A DNA stretch of 64,000 bases from Candidatus Nomurabacteria bacterium RIFCSPHIGHO2_01_FULL_41_71 (GCA_001785355.1 MFTQ01000004.1:3612-67611), one strand, 5' to 3'. Positions 49,514 to 59,311 are shown, counted from the stretch's first letter. Notes: a model not told the origin generated them from the letters alone. Program-made: numbers and translations.

Positions 49514-50494
49514 CTAATTTTTTTCTATTATTGTCTTGATAGAGTTTGTTAATTTAGCCGGATCATGGCGGATATATCCGCGAGAAACTTGAAAAGTTTC
49601 TTTCTTGTTTCGAATCACTACTCTTAAAGAGAGGAGGGGGGCACGGACAACCCTTTTTTCTTCCAGGTCATCCAACACCAACGCTCCTTTTCCTTCTTCT
49701 GATTCGTAGGCTTTTATTTGAGCAGGGTTCGGTTTCTTGTTATTTACGAGGATTATATCTATCTTCTTCCCAATGCGTTCTTCTATATCTCTGACATAAT
49801 CGCTTACTCTCCAGCCGGCAGTATGCCCAAGCTTATTGGTAAGATTGACGGGAAAGATGATTTTTGCCCGACTTTTATTTATTGCCTCTTTAAAACCGCC
49901 TATTATTAAATTCGGGACAATAGAACAATAATAATTACCAGGACCGAGAATAATCGCATCCGCATTTAGAATAGCGACTTTGGCGTGTTCACTTAAGGAA
50001 ATTTTATTTTTATAAAATATTTTTTTAATTCCATTTCTTTGGACATTGGTATTTTGAATTGCATTTTCTCCATTTATAATTTTGCCATTCGAAAGTTCAA
50101 CCAACAGATCGGCTTTATCTTTGGTAATCGGCACAACCTTTCCTTTTATTTTTAGAATTTCCGAAGCAATTTCCACCCCTAGAGCAAAATCTCCGGTTAC
50201 TTTTTCCAATGCCGCCAAAAAAATATTGCCAAAGCTGTGACCAGAGAGGGCTCCGTTTTGAAATCTATAATTCATCAATTTGCGCACTTTATCACTGTGT
50301 TCGGAAAGGGCCACAAGGCACTGCCTTACATCTCCCGGAGGAAGCACTCCCAATTCATCACGCAATACTCCCGTTGAACCGCCATCATCCGCCATAGATA
50401 CAATGGCAGAAATTGAAATATTCGGAATATTTTTTAGGCCGGAAAGCACGGTATAGCTTCCGGTTCCTCCGCCGATAGTAACTATATTTTTCAT
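49514..50494 (-). CDS. yvcK: YvcK/GlmR (CofD-like) UDP-GlcNAc-binding protein
   Basis: IGGGTG, DDGGSTG.LR, PPGDVR, GHSFGN, GPG..Y.S, RHDP. Confidence 0.92.
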   Translation of the reverse strand: MKNIVTIGGGTGSYTVLSGLKNIPNISISAIVSMADDGGSTGVLRDELGVLPPGDVRQCLVALSEHSDKVRKLMNYRFQNGALSGHSFGNIFLAALEKVTGDFALGVEIASEILKIKGKVVPITKDKADLLVELSNGKIINGENAIQNTNVQRNGIKKIFYKNKISLSEHAKVAILNADAIILGPGNYYCSIVPNLIIGGFKEAINKSRAKIIFPVNLTNKLGHTAGWRVSDYVRDIEERIGKKIDIILVNNKKPNPAQIKAYESEEGKGALVLDDLEEKRVVRAPLLSLRVVIRNKKETFQVSRGYIRHDPAKLTNSIKTIIEKN

Positions 50495-50546
50495 TAAAAT
50501 TTAAAGATTATTTGTTTTTAATTCATCCATATTATACTATATCTCT

Positions 50547-53468
50547 ATGATTTCAAGGATATATGTGACAGAAAAGGGGAAAGTCAATTTCCTTTATTCT
50601 TATCTTCTTTCACATAATTTTTCGCGTGAAGAAATATTAAAAATAGCCAGCGCCCTTACCAATCCCATTCTTGAAGAATTTTCAATAGATAAATTTCCGG
50701 ACGTTGGACATCCGACGTCTTTTACTTATGCGATTGAAATTGGTTTTAAGCCGGGTGTTACGGACAACATCGCTCACACCGTCAAAGAAACTATTGGAGA
50801 TCTGTTGCATTTAAAAGAAAATTCGTTCGCTGTCTACACATCGAAAATCTATTTAATTTATAAGAAAATAGACAGAACAGGGGCGGAGAAGATCGCTTTT
50901 TCTCTTCATAATCCTCTAATTGAAAGAGCAAATATATTCAACGCAAAAGAAATAAAAAAAACAAAAAGTTTACCAGACGATGTTCCTGAAGTATTTTTAA
51001 AGAAGTCTGACTTGGTTATTAAAATTCCGCTCGGGCTCGAGGACATGGAGCTGGAGAAAATAGGCAGGGAAGGAATAATGGACGATACAAATACGCGTAG
51101 AGGACCTCTTGCTCTCGATCTCCCTTCTATGAAAGCTATTCGATCATATTTCAGTAAAAAAAATAGAGATCCAAATGATATAGAAATCGAAGCCCTTGCC
51201 CAGACCTGGTCCGAACATTGCAAACACACTATTTTCGCAAACCCGATAGATGATATAAAAGACGGCTTGTATAAAACTTATATAAAAGGGGCGACTAATG
51301 AAATAAGAAAAAAGAAAGGGAGGAATGATTTTTGCGTTTCTGTTTTTTCTGACAATGCCGGAGGAATAATTTTCGACAAAAACTATTTAATAACCCATAA
51401 AGTTGAAACACACAACAGCCCTTCGGCCTTGGATCCATTTGGTGGAGCAATCACTGGCATCGTGGGGGTAAATCGAGATACTATCGGATTCGGATTAGGA
51501 GCTAAGCCGGTAGCGAATACTTACGGATTTTGTTTCGGCAATCCCAATGATAAAAAAGAATATTTTAAAGATAAAAATTTAAAACAGAAAATGTTATTGC
51601 CAAAGAGGATCATGGAAGGAGTTATCAAAGGAATAAACGTTGGAGGTAATTGTTCCGGAATTCCAACTCTTTCTGGTTTTATAAAATTTGATGATCGTTA
51701 TCGAGCCAAACCCATGGTTTTTGCCGGCACTGTGGGACTTTTGCCTCGCAAAATAGGAAAAAAACTATTGCATGAAAAAAAAGCGGAAACGGGGGGTTAT
51801 ATCGTTGTTGTGGGGGGGAGGGTTGGATTGGATGGAATTCATGGAGCGACATTTTCATCTGTCGCCATAGACTCTAATTCTCCCACAAGCGCTGTGCAAA
51901 TCGGCGACCCGATTACCCAAAAAAAGTTAAGCGACGCGATAGTAAAAGAGGCTCGCGATATGAACTTATACAATAGCATTACGGACAATGGCGCGGGGGG
52001 TTTGTCCTGCTCGGTGGCGGAAATGGCTAAAGAATGCGGAGGCGCAAAAGTTTTTTTAGAAAAAGTCCCTCTTAAATATCCCGGCTTGCGACCTTGGGAA
52101 ATTTGGATTTCAGAATCACAAGAACGTATGACTCTCTCGGTGCCAAAGAAAAAATGGAAGAGATTTTACAATCTTATGCAAAGCCGCGGCGTGGAAGCGG
52201 CAGTAATAGGAGAATTCACGAATTCCGGAAAAGTTATCGTAAAATATAAAGGCAAAGTGATAATGGATATAGATATGGAATTCTTGCACAATGGTTTACC
52301 TAAACATCATCTAACAACACAGCCGATAATTCGAACCCACTTAGAGCCTAAAATACTGAAACACGGATCACTTACTGGAATCTTAGAAAAGTTGCTTGGA
52401 AAAAATAATTTGCGCGGATTTTCTTTTATTTCCGAACAATATGACCATGAAGTGCAGGCATCTTCCGTTTTAAAGCCATTATCCGGGCGAGGAAGAATAA
52501 ATACCGATGCGCAAGTTTTCCGACCCGTTCTCTCGTCTAACAGGGGAGTCGTCTTATCAGAAGCTTTATATCCTTCATATTCCGACATCAATACTTATCA
52601 TATGGCCGCCTGCGCGCTAGACACCGCCGTAAGAAACGCGATTTGCGCGGGGGGCACAATGTCGCACCTTGCTCTCTTAGACAATTTTTGTTGGTATTCT
52701 TCAAATGATCCAACACGTCTAGCCGAATTAAAAGACGCTGTAAAAGCCTGCTATGATTATGCGGTCGGATATGGCACTCCATTTATTTCCGGCAAAGACA
52801 GCATGTTTAACGATTTTAAAGGCTACGATTCCAAAGGAGATCCGGTAGCCATTTCTATTCCACCAACACTTTTAATTTCCGCTATTGGGGTAATGCCTGA
52901 TTTTTATAAAGCTGTTTCGCCGGAGTTTAAAAATACTGGCGATGTAATTTATTTATTAGGAGAAACATATGATGAATTGGGCGGAAGTGAATATTATAAA
53001 ATGTTTGGTTTTGTTGGAAACAATGTGCCAAAAGTTAATTTAGAAAAAAATCTAAAAACTTATTTGGCGCTCGAAAAAGCGATAAAGAAAGAACTGATCG
53101 CCTCTGCGATCTCGGTCGCTTCCGGTGGGCTTGGCATAACGCTCGCCAAAGCCTGTATCGGCGGAATGCTCGGCTGCAACGTTTCATTTGCCAAGGTTGC
53201 CAAATGTTGCCAAAGCAAGGCTTTGGCAACTTCCACAGAGGTGAAGCTTTTTTCCGAAAGCCAGGGAAGGATATTAGTATCAGTATCTCCTAAAAATATA
53301 AAACAATTTGAAAAAACATGCATAGGAGTTTCCTATGCAAACTATGCAAAATTGGGAGAAGTTTCAAGGGACGGAAAGGTAATAATCACGGAGGGAAGAA
53401 ATAAAATAGTTGAAACTAGTGTAAAAAAATTACATGATATTTACCACAGATTTTCAAAAAATATATGA
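50547..53468 (+). CDS. purL: FGAM synthase PurL with N-terminal PurS-like extension
   Basis: QTWSEHCKH, KVETHNSPS, DGIHGATFSS, DNGAGG, SESQERM, QYDHEV, ISGKDS. Confidence 0.96.
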   Translation: MISRIYVTEKGKVNFLYSYLLSHNFSREEILKIASALTNPILEEFSIDKFPDVGHPTSFTYAIEIGFKPGVTDNIAHTVKETIGDLLHLKENSFAVYTSKIYLIYKKIDRTGAEKIAFSLHNPLIERANIFNAKEIKKTKSLPDDVPEVFLKKSDLVIKIPLGLEDMELEKIGREGIMDDTNTRRGPLALDLPSMKAIRSYFSKKNRDPNDIEIEALAQTWSEHCKHTIFANPIDDIKDGLYKTYIKGATNEIRKKKGRNDFCVSVFSDNAGGIIFDKNYLITHKVETHNSPSALDPFGGAITGIVGVNRDTIGFGLGAKPVANTYGFCFGNPNDKKEYFKDKNLKQKMLLPKRIMEGVIKGINVGGNCSGIPTLSGFIKFDDRYRAKPMVFAGTVGLLPRKIGKKLLHEKKAETGGYIVVVGGRVGLDGIHGATFSSVAIDSNSPTSAVQIGDPITQKKLSDAIVKEARDMNLYNSITDNGAGGLSCSVAEMAKECGGAKVFLEKVPLKYPGLRPWEIWISESQERMTLSVPKKKWKRFYNLMQSRGVEAAVIGEFTNSGKVIVKYKGKVIMDIDMEFLHNGLPKHHLTTQPIIRTHLEPKILKHGSLTGILEKLLGKNNLRGFSFISEQYDHEVQASSVLKPLSGRGRINTDAQVFRPVLSSNRGVVLSEALYPSYSDINTYHMAACALDTAVRNAICAGGTMSHLALLDNFCWYSSNDPTRLAELKDAVKACYDYAVGYGTPFISGKDSMFNDFKGYDSKGDPVAISIPPTLLISAIGVMPDFYKAVSPEFKNTGDVIYLLGETYDELGGSEYYKMFGFVGNNVPKVNLEKNLKTYLALEKAIKKELIASAISVASGGLGITLAKACIGGMLGCNVSFAKVAKCCQSKALATSTEVKLFSESQGRILVSVSPKNIKQFEKTCIGVSYANYAKLGEVSRDGKVIITEGRNKIVETSVKKLHDIYHRFSKNI
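50700..50719. repeat. In-frame palindrome in purL (GACGTTGGA-CA-TCCGACGTC; DVGHPTS)
   Basis: 9-bp arms, one G-T pair; GC-rich patch in AT-rich context. Confidence 0.6.
53188..53230. repeat. In-frame palindrome in purL (GTTGCCAAAGC-AAG-GCTTTGGCAAC) preceded by two partial TTGCCAA copies
   Basis: Perfect 11-bp arms at 53206-53230; reads AKVAKCCQSKALAT. Confidence 0.85.
53319..53350. repeat. In-frame palindrome in purL (TGCATAGGA-GTT-TCCTATGCA) plus 9-bp tandem duplication CTATGCAAA
   Basis: Perfect 9-bp arms; reads CIGVSYANYAK. Confidence 0.7.
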
Positions 53469-54304
53469 AAATAAAAAATAAAAAAAAACCAAGAATTATA
53501 ATTATGTCCGGATACGGACTGAATTGCGAAGAAGAAACAAAATTTGCTTTTGATTGGGCGGGCGGAAGCGCGGATATTGTGCATATCAATGACTTGATAA
53601 AAAAACCAAAGATGCTCAAAGAATATCAAATAATGGTATTTCCGGGCGGATTTTCTTACGGAGATGATACCGGTAGCGGAAAAGCTTACGCAAACAAATT
53701 TAAAAATCATCTTTCAAAAGAACTGGAAGAATTTCTATCTCATGACACTTTGCTTATCGGTATTTGCAACGGATTCCAGATTATAACAAACCTTGGAATC
53801 GTCCCCGGCGCGCTGACTTATAATAAAAATGGAAAATATATTGATCGCTGGGTGGATTTGAAGCCAGTCGGCAAAAGCCCTTGGCTCAAAGGTATTAAAA
53901 ATATTTCTTTACCGATAGCGCACGGAGAAGGCAGATATATAAAGGAAAAAAAAGTAAAAAATTTAGCCGTAGCTTTTAAGTATACAAAAGGAGAGATATA
54001 CGATTTTCAAAATTTGGAATCTAATCCGAACGGTTCAGAGAGTGATATTGCCGGAGTTTTAGCGTATAATGGACGGGTACTGGGGCTCATGCCACATCCG
54101 GAACGAGCGATGTTCTTCCACCAAAGCCCGCTGTGGCAAACTAAAAAACAAAAAAGTAGAAAAATCCCAAAAGGGGGTATGAGTTTGCAGATTTTTAAAA
54201 ACGCAATAAATTATTTCGACAAGCGAGAAGCACGTGAGGGAGTAATCTCGCTCACAGCGTCCGAGTCGATGTCGAAACATCGTAATCGATATTTCAAACA
54301 ATAA
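53465..54304 (+). CDS. purQ: FGAM synthase glutaminase subunit
   Basis: G.NC, PGGFSYGD, GICNGFQ, AHGEG, NPNGS, MPHPER. Confidence 0.96.
   Translation: MKIKNKKKPRIIIMSGYGLNCEEETKFAFDWAGGSADIVHINDLIKKPKMLKEYQIMVFPGGFSYGDDTGSGKAYANKFKNHLSKELEEFLSHDTLLIGICNGFQIITNLGIVPGALTYNKNGKYIDRWVDLKPVGKSPWLKGIKNISLPIAHGEGRYIKEKKVKNLAVAFKYTKGEIYDFQNLESNPNGSESDIAGVLAYNGRVLGLMPHPERAMFFHQSPLWQTKKQKSRKIPKGGMSLQIFKNAINYFDKREAREGVISLTASESMSKHRNRYFKQ
54212..54295. mobile_element. Putative 78-bp MITE-like in-frame insertion at the purQ 3' end
   Basis: TTTCGACA/TGTCGAAA inverted repeats, internal hairpin, TATTTC direct repeats 78 bp apart. Confidence 0.6.
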
Positions 54305-54305
54305 T

Positions 54306-55718
54306 ATGTCAGAATTAAGAGAAAAATGCGGTATCGTAGGAGTATACGGCAAGGGATTGCCTGTTTCCAGACTTTGTTTCTTCGGGCTTTTTGCTCTGCA
54401 ACACCGAGGCCAAGAGGCTTCCGGCATCACTACCAATGATGGAGATAAATTGCATACTCATAAAGGCGCGGGTTTGGTATCTCAAGTTTACCGTGAAGAA
54501 GACATTGAAAAACTTTCCGGCTACATCGGTATTGGGCACAACAGATATTCCACATCCGGGGGCGGAGCTTTAAATCATGCCCAGCCAGTCTTAAACGACA
54601 CGGAGACTTTTGCCTTGGCACACAACGGCAACTTGCCTTCCGTCAAAGCATTAGAAGATTTTTTAAAATCAAAAAACGCGCTGAAAAAAGACCGTAGTGA
54701 TTCGGAATTGATTACCGACGCCATAGATTTTTATCTAAAAGAGAAGTTAACGCTTCAAGAAGCGATGGAGAAAGTATACCCTTTGCTCACCGGCGCTTTT
54801 GCTTTGGTGATGATGACACATCATACTTTAATAGCTGTCAGAGATGAATACGGCATGAGGCCTCTCTGTCTTGGCTCGCTTAATTCTTCTTTGGGGGATG
54901 GATTTGTGATAGCATCGGAAACTTGCGCGCTTAAAACTATCGGTGCGGATTTTATCCAGGAAGTTATGCCGGGAGAAATGCTTGTAATAAATGAACAAGG
55001 GCTCAAATGCGTAAACTTGGCCCCCGCTAATCCCAAGCACGATATTTTTGAATATATCTACTTTGCGCGGCCTGATAGTGTACTCAACGGCAGACTCATC
55101 TACAATGTTCGCAAAAATTTTGGTAAAATGCTGGCTAGAGAATGCAATAATCTGGCGGTTGATGCCGTTGTGCCCGTACCGGATACAGCTATGCCGGTGG
55201 CTATAGGATTCTCGGAAACTTCGGGTGTGCCACTCGAGCTTGGAATAGTGAAAAATCGCTATGTGCACCGCACTTTCATCGAACCCACTCAAGAATCGCG
55301 CAGGCATAGCGTAGCCCTGAAACTCGTGCCTTTGCCGGAAGTTCTTAAAGATAAAAGAATCGCAGTGATTGATGACTCTATCGTCCGAGGACACACTTCC
55401 AAAAAACTGGTCACGTCTTTGTTTGAAAACGGCGCCAAGGAAGTGCACTTGCTCATTTCTTCTCCGCCGGTGCGCTTCCCGGATTTTTACGGCATTGATA
55501 CCCCAAAGCAAAAAGAACTCATCGCCTCGAATATGACCGTCGAAGAGATTCGCAAGTGGCTCGGGGCCACTTCTCTTCAGTATCTTTCATTGGAGGGATT
55601 GATCGAATCCATAGGAATTCCAAAAAATCATTTATGCACTTCCTTTTTTACCGGCGAGTACCCGATAGATTTAAAAGAGAGAAAATCCGAAGTTAGCTAT
55701 GATGTCCCAAACGAGTAA
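54306..55718 (+). CDS. purF: Amidophosphoribosyltransferase
   Basis: EKCGIVG, LQHRGQE, GHNRYST, HNGN, YFARPDS, DDSIVRG. Confidence 0.98.
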   Translation: MSELREKCGIVGVYGKGLPVSRLCFFGLFALQHRGQEASGITTNDGDKLHTHKGAGLVSQVYREEDIEKLSGYIGIGHNRYSTSGGGALNHAQPVLNDTETFALAHNGNLPSVKALEDFLKSKNALKKDRSDSELITDAIDFYLKEKLTLQEAMEKVYPLLTGAFALVMMTHHTLIAVRDEYGMRPLCLGSLNSSLGDGFVIASETCALKTIGADFIQEVMPGEMLVINEQGLKCVNLAPANPKHDIFEYIYFARPDSVLNGRLIYNVRKNFGKMLARECNNLAVDAVVPVPDTAMPVAIGFSETSGVPLELGIVKNRYVHRTFIEPTQESRRHSVALKLVPLPEVLKDKRIAVIDDSIVRGHTSKKLVTSLFENGAKEVHLLISSPPVRFPDFYGIDTPKQKELIASNMTVEEIRKWLGATSLQYLSLEGLIESIGIPKNHLCTSFFTGEYPIDLKERKSEVSYDVPNE

Positions 55719-56250
55719 AAAAAAATTAGTACTGATGGTTCATGAGGGAGGTAGTCACACTAATTTAAAGACAATACGAAGGGCGGTTGATGCCGGTAAA
55801 ATTAATGCGGAAATTTCCGCGGTAGTTTCTGATAAAGAGAACGCGATACCGGTATTGGAGAAAATGTCCCCGGACTATATATGTCTCGCTGGTTGGAAGA
55901 AAATTATTCCTAAAAAAATTATAAAAGAATATAAGAACAAAATCTTAAATATACATCCGGGTTTAATTCCTGATACAGTCAACGAAAAAGTGAAAAATCC
56001 TGACGACACGGAAGCTTTGTGGAATAAAGAAATGTATGGTAATAAAGCCGTTCAGAATTTTTTAGATCGGAAAGCAACTTTTGCCGGCTCTTCTATTCAT
56101 TTTTTAACCCTTGACTTTGATTTTGGGCCGGTTTTAGGGAGAACTTTTGAAAAAATTCAAATTAATGATACTGTTGAATCTCTATATGCACGGCTCAAAA
56201 AAAAAGAAAATGAGTTATATGTGGAGATTTTAGAAAAATTAACTCAATGA
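55699..56250 (+). CDS. purN: GAR formyltransferase (divergent)
   Basis: ICLAGW, LNIHPGLIP, GSSIHF..DFGPV; operon context. Confidence 0.8.
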   Translation: MMSQTSKKKLVLMVHEGGSHTNLKTIRRAVDAGKINAEISAVVSDKENAIPVLEKMSPDYICLAGWKKIIPKKIIKEYKNKILNIHPGLIPDTVNEKVKNPDDTEALWNKEMYGNKAVQNFLDRKATFAGSSIHFLTLDFDFGPVLGRTFEKIQINDTVESLYARLKKKENELYVEILEKLTQ

Positions 56251-57599
56251 AAAAACAAAAAATTTTAATAATCGGTGCGGGTGGGGGCAGGGAACATGCG
56301 ATCGGGTGGAAAATAGCGCAGTCGCCGAGAGCGGGGAAATTATTTTTTGCGCGAGGAAATGCCGGTACGGCAGAGCTTGGAACCAATCTAGAAATTAAAG
56401 AGAGGGAAATTTCAAAACTTATTGATTTCGCAAAAAACGAAAAAATAGATTTGACTTTGGTTGTAGCAGATGAGCCATTAGCACTCGGTGTCGTGGATGA
56501 ATTTAAGAAAAATAATTTGCGAGTCTGGGGCCCGACCAAGGTAGCCGCACAAATAGAATGGTCCAAAGCGTATTCCAAGAATTTTATGCGCAAACACAAT
56601 TTACCGACGGCCAGATTTGAAATATTTAGTAATTTTGAGAAGGCAAAAGCTTACTTGGAGGCAAGGCCTCCACTTGGAGGCCTTGCCTCCAAGTCCTCCC
56701 TTGTAATTAAGGCAAGCGGACTGGCGCTCGGTAAGGGAGTAGTGATAGTAAAAACACTTTCAGAATCCCTGCAAACACTTGAAGAGATGATGATAAAAAA
56801 AGTTTTTGGCGGCGCGGGCAATGAAGTGGTGATCGAAGAATTTTTGACAGGCCCGGAAATTTCCATTCATGTATTTTCCGACGGAAAAACATATAAAATA
56901 TTTCCAGCTTCTCAAGATCATAAAAAAATTGGAGAAAGAGATACGGGGCTGAACACCGGAGGAGTGGGTGTTGTTGCTCCGCTCCCTTTCATGAATAAAG
57001 AAATGATGCAAAGAATTGAAAAAGAAATTATTGCGCCTACCATAAAAAATCTCAATGCCGAAGAACCATTTGTGGGAATACTTTATCCCGGTCTTATGCT
57101 CACGCCCGACGGTCCGAAAATTCTGGAATTCAACGCGCGCTTCGGCGACCCGGAAGCGGAAGCTTATATGAGGCTTTTAGACACGGATCTGCTCGATATA
57201 GTAGACGCTTCTATTGATGGAAAATTGGAGGAAGTTGAAGTCAGATGGAAAAATAAATTTGCTTGCAATGTTGTGCTTTGCTCCGGCGGGTACCCGGGGA
57301 GTTATGAGAAGGAAAAAATAATTTCGGGGGTGTGTCAAAGAGTCTCTTTGACAAAAGATTCTATGTCAAAGAGTCTCTTTGACAATGACGACGACATCGT
57401 TATTTTTCACGCTGGCACCAAAATAAATGAGAGAGAACAATTGGTCACTAACGGCGGACGGGTGCTTGGAGTTTCGGCATTGGGAAATTCTTTAGAAGAA
57501 GCGCTAGAAAAAGCCTACAAGACTATTGAAAAAATTTCGTTCGAGGGAATGCAATATAGAAGAGATATTGGTAAAAAAGCTCTAGAAATGATAAAATAA
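56247..57599 (+). CDS. purD: Phosphoribosylamine--glycine ligase
   Basis: GGGREHA, IEWSK, KASGLALGKGV, QDHKK, NTGG, EFNARFGDPE, TNGGRV. Confidence 0.97.
   Translation: MKKQKILIIGAGGGREHAIGWKIAQSPRAGKLFFARGNAGTAELGTNLEIKEREISKLIDFAKNEKIDLTLVVADEPLALGVVDEFKKNNLRVWGPTKVAAQIEWSKAYSKNFMRKHNLPTARFEIFSNFEKAKAYLEARPPLGGLASKSSLVIKASGLALGKGVVIVKTLSESLQTLEEMMIKKVFGGAGNEVVIEEFLTGPEISIHVFSDGKTYKIFPASQDHKKIGERDTGLNTGGVGVVAPLPFMNKEMMQRIEKEIIAPTIKNLNAEEPFVGILYPGLMLTPDGPKILEFNARFGDPEAEAYMRLLDTDLLDIVDASIDGKLEEVEVRWKNKFACNVVLCSGGYPGSYEKEKIISGVCQRVSLTKDSMSKSLFDNDDDIVIFHAGTKINEREQLVTNGGRVLGVSALGNSLEEALEKAYKTIEKISFEGMQYRRDIGKKALEMIK
56653..56694. repeat. Palindrome family A copy 2, in frame in purD (LEARPPLGGLASK)
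   Basis: ACTTGGAGGCAAGGCCTCCA-CT-TGGAGGCCTTGCCTCCAAGT, perfect 20-bp arms. Confidence 0.96.
57333..57384. repeat. Palindrome family B doublet, in frame in purD (CQRVSLTKDSMSKSLFD)
   Basis: Two identical TGTCAAAGAGTCTCTTTGACA units 10 nt apart. Confidence 0.95.
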
Positions 57600-57608
57600 A
57601 ATAAACTT

Positions 57609-58130
57609 ATGAAAAAAAGTGTGAAAGTAAGTATAATTATGGGCTCAGATACGGATTTAGAGGTGTTTTCCGAATCGGCAAAGGTTCTCGAAGAATTCGG
57701 TGTCTTATATGATATGACGGTGGCATCAGCCCACAGAAGCCCTAATTTGGTTCATAAATGCGTTACCACTGCCAAAGAACGCGGAATTATGGTTATCATA
57801 GCGGGAGCCGGCGGAGCAGCGCATTTAGCGGGAGTGGCTGCATCTTTGACTACTTTGCCGGTAATTGGAATTCCAATAAAAACAAAAAGCTTGGACGGGC
57901 TGGATTCTCTTCTCTCCACCGTGAGCATGCCTCCCGGCGTGCCAGTGGCCACGGTCGGCATCAACGCCGGAAAAAATGCCGGGCTTCTGGCTGTCCAAAT
58001 TCTCGCCACCTCTGATAAAAATTTAGAGAAAAAATTGCTTCTATATAAAAAAAAATTATCTAAAGATACTGAAGTCAAGGGTAAGAAACTTTTAAAAATC
58101 GGGTATAAAAAATATTTAAATCAGAAATAA
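57609..58130 (+). CDS. purE: PurE (N5-CAIR mutase/AIR carboxylase)
   Basis: IIMGSDTD, SAHRSP, AGAGGAAHLAG, MPPGVPVATV. Confidence 0.97.
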   Translation: MKKSVKVSIIMGSDTDLEVFSESAKVLEEFGVLYDMTVASAHRSPNLVHKCVTTAKERGIMVIIAGAGGAAHLAGVAASLTTLPVIGIPIKTKSLDGLDSLLSTVSMPPGVPVATVGINAGKNAGLLAVQILATSDKNLEKKLLLYKKKLSKDTEVKGKKLLKIGYKKYLNQK

Positions 58131-58132
58131 AA

Positions 58133-59311
58133 ATGTTAAACACCTTTTACTTTCAGAAAAATTCTCAACGCGTAAAAGCTTATGCGGAAGATGGTGTGGA
58201 TGTAGAAGAAGAAGCGCTATTTTCCAGTTTCGCCGGGTCGGTTTGCAAAGCGAGTTACAAAAATTCTCCGTTTGTGGAAGTACACGACTTATCCGGCGGA
58301 GGATTCCGAGGTCCTCGTCCTTTCACCTTTAAAAATCTCCCCGAAGGATATTTTATTGAAGCCTCCACCGACGGAATCGGAACAAAGGGTATCATTATTG
58401 ATGCCGCTAAAACCCATCATCTGGCAGCCTATGACCTCGTTGCCATGACCGCGAGCGATATTACCCGCTTTGGAGGCATTCCTTTGGTCTTGGTGAATGT
58501 TTTCGACACCACCAGCATAGGCAAGAAAGGCGATAAAATCAGCGAAACTTATAAGAGCGCCATAGCCGGACTGGGGGAAGTAGCCAAAGAAGAAAAAATT
58601 GTGATATTGAAAGGAGAAACCGCGCAAATGGGAGACGCACTTGGTTCAGAAATAAGCGATTCTAAAACCAAATTAAACTGGTCAGGCACGATGATCGGAG
58701 CCTATCATAAGGATAAAATGATCACCGGAGAAAATCTGGCACCCGGGCAGGTGATAATCGCGCTAAAAGAAAATGGTTTCCGGTGCAACGGCATAAGCTC
58801 TATTCGCGGAGCGCTTCGAGTAAAATACGGCAAGGAGTGGTGGAGAAATCCGGATGCGAAAGAACGCATCCGACAGACCGCGACCCCGTCCGTACTTTAT
58901 GATGCCTATGTAAACACTCTGCACGGCTGGTATGATAAAAATTTCAAACCGGAAATTACGCTTCACGCAGTAGTTCATCTTTCCGGAGGGGCGTTCAGAG
59001 AAAAATTGGCCAAGGATATTCTCTTACCTAAAAAACTTTCCGCGGAACTTTTCGATCTATGGGATCCGCCTCAAATCATGCGAGAATGCGCTTTTTGGCG
59101 AAACATCACCGATGAAGAATTTTACGAGGTGTGGCACGGAGGGCAAGGAATGCTTCTGGTGGTGGACGAAAAAGACGCCGAGTACTGCGTTAAAAGAGCA
59201 AAAGATTTTGAAATTCAAGCAAAGATTGCAGGAAAAGTAACAAAAGAATCAGAACCTCAAGTTTCCATAAAATCCAAATTAACACCAGATAAAATAATTA
59301 TTTATAAATAA
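58133..59311 (+). CDS. purM: AIR synthetase (divergent PurM)
   Basis: YAEDGVD, STDGIGTK, GETAQM, GFRCNG, HLSGG, GQGM; operon context. Confidence 0.85.
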   Translation: MLNTFYFQKNSQRVKAYAEDGVDVEEEALFSSFAGSVCKASYKNSPFVEVHDLSGGGFRGPRPFTFKNLPEGYFIEASTDGIGTKGIIIDAAKTHHLAAYDLVAMTASDITRFGGIPLVLVNVFDTTSIGKKGDKISETYKSAIAGLGEVAKEEKIVILKGETAQMGDALGSEISDSKTKLNWSGTMIGAYHKDKMITGENLAPGQVIIALKENGFRCNGISSIRGALRVKYGKEWWRNPDAKERIRQTATPSVLYDAYVNTLHGWYDKNFKPEITLHAVVHLSGGAFREKLAKDILLPKKLSAELFDLWDPPQIMRECAFWRNITDEEFYEVWHGGQGMLLVVDEKDAEYCVKRAKDFEIQAKIAGKVTKESEPQVSIKSKLTPDKIIIYK

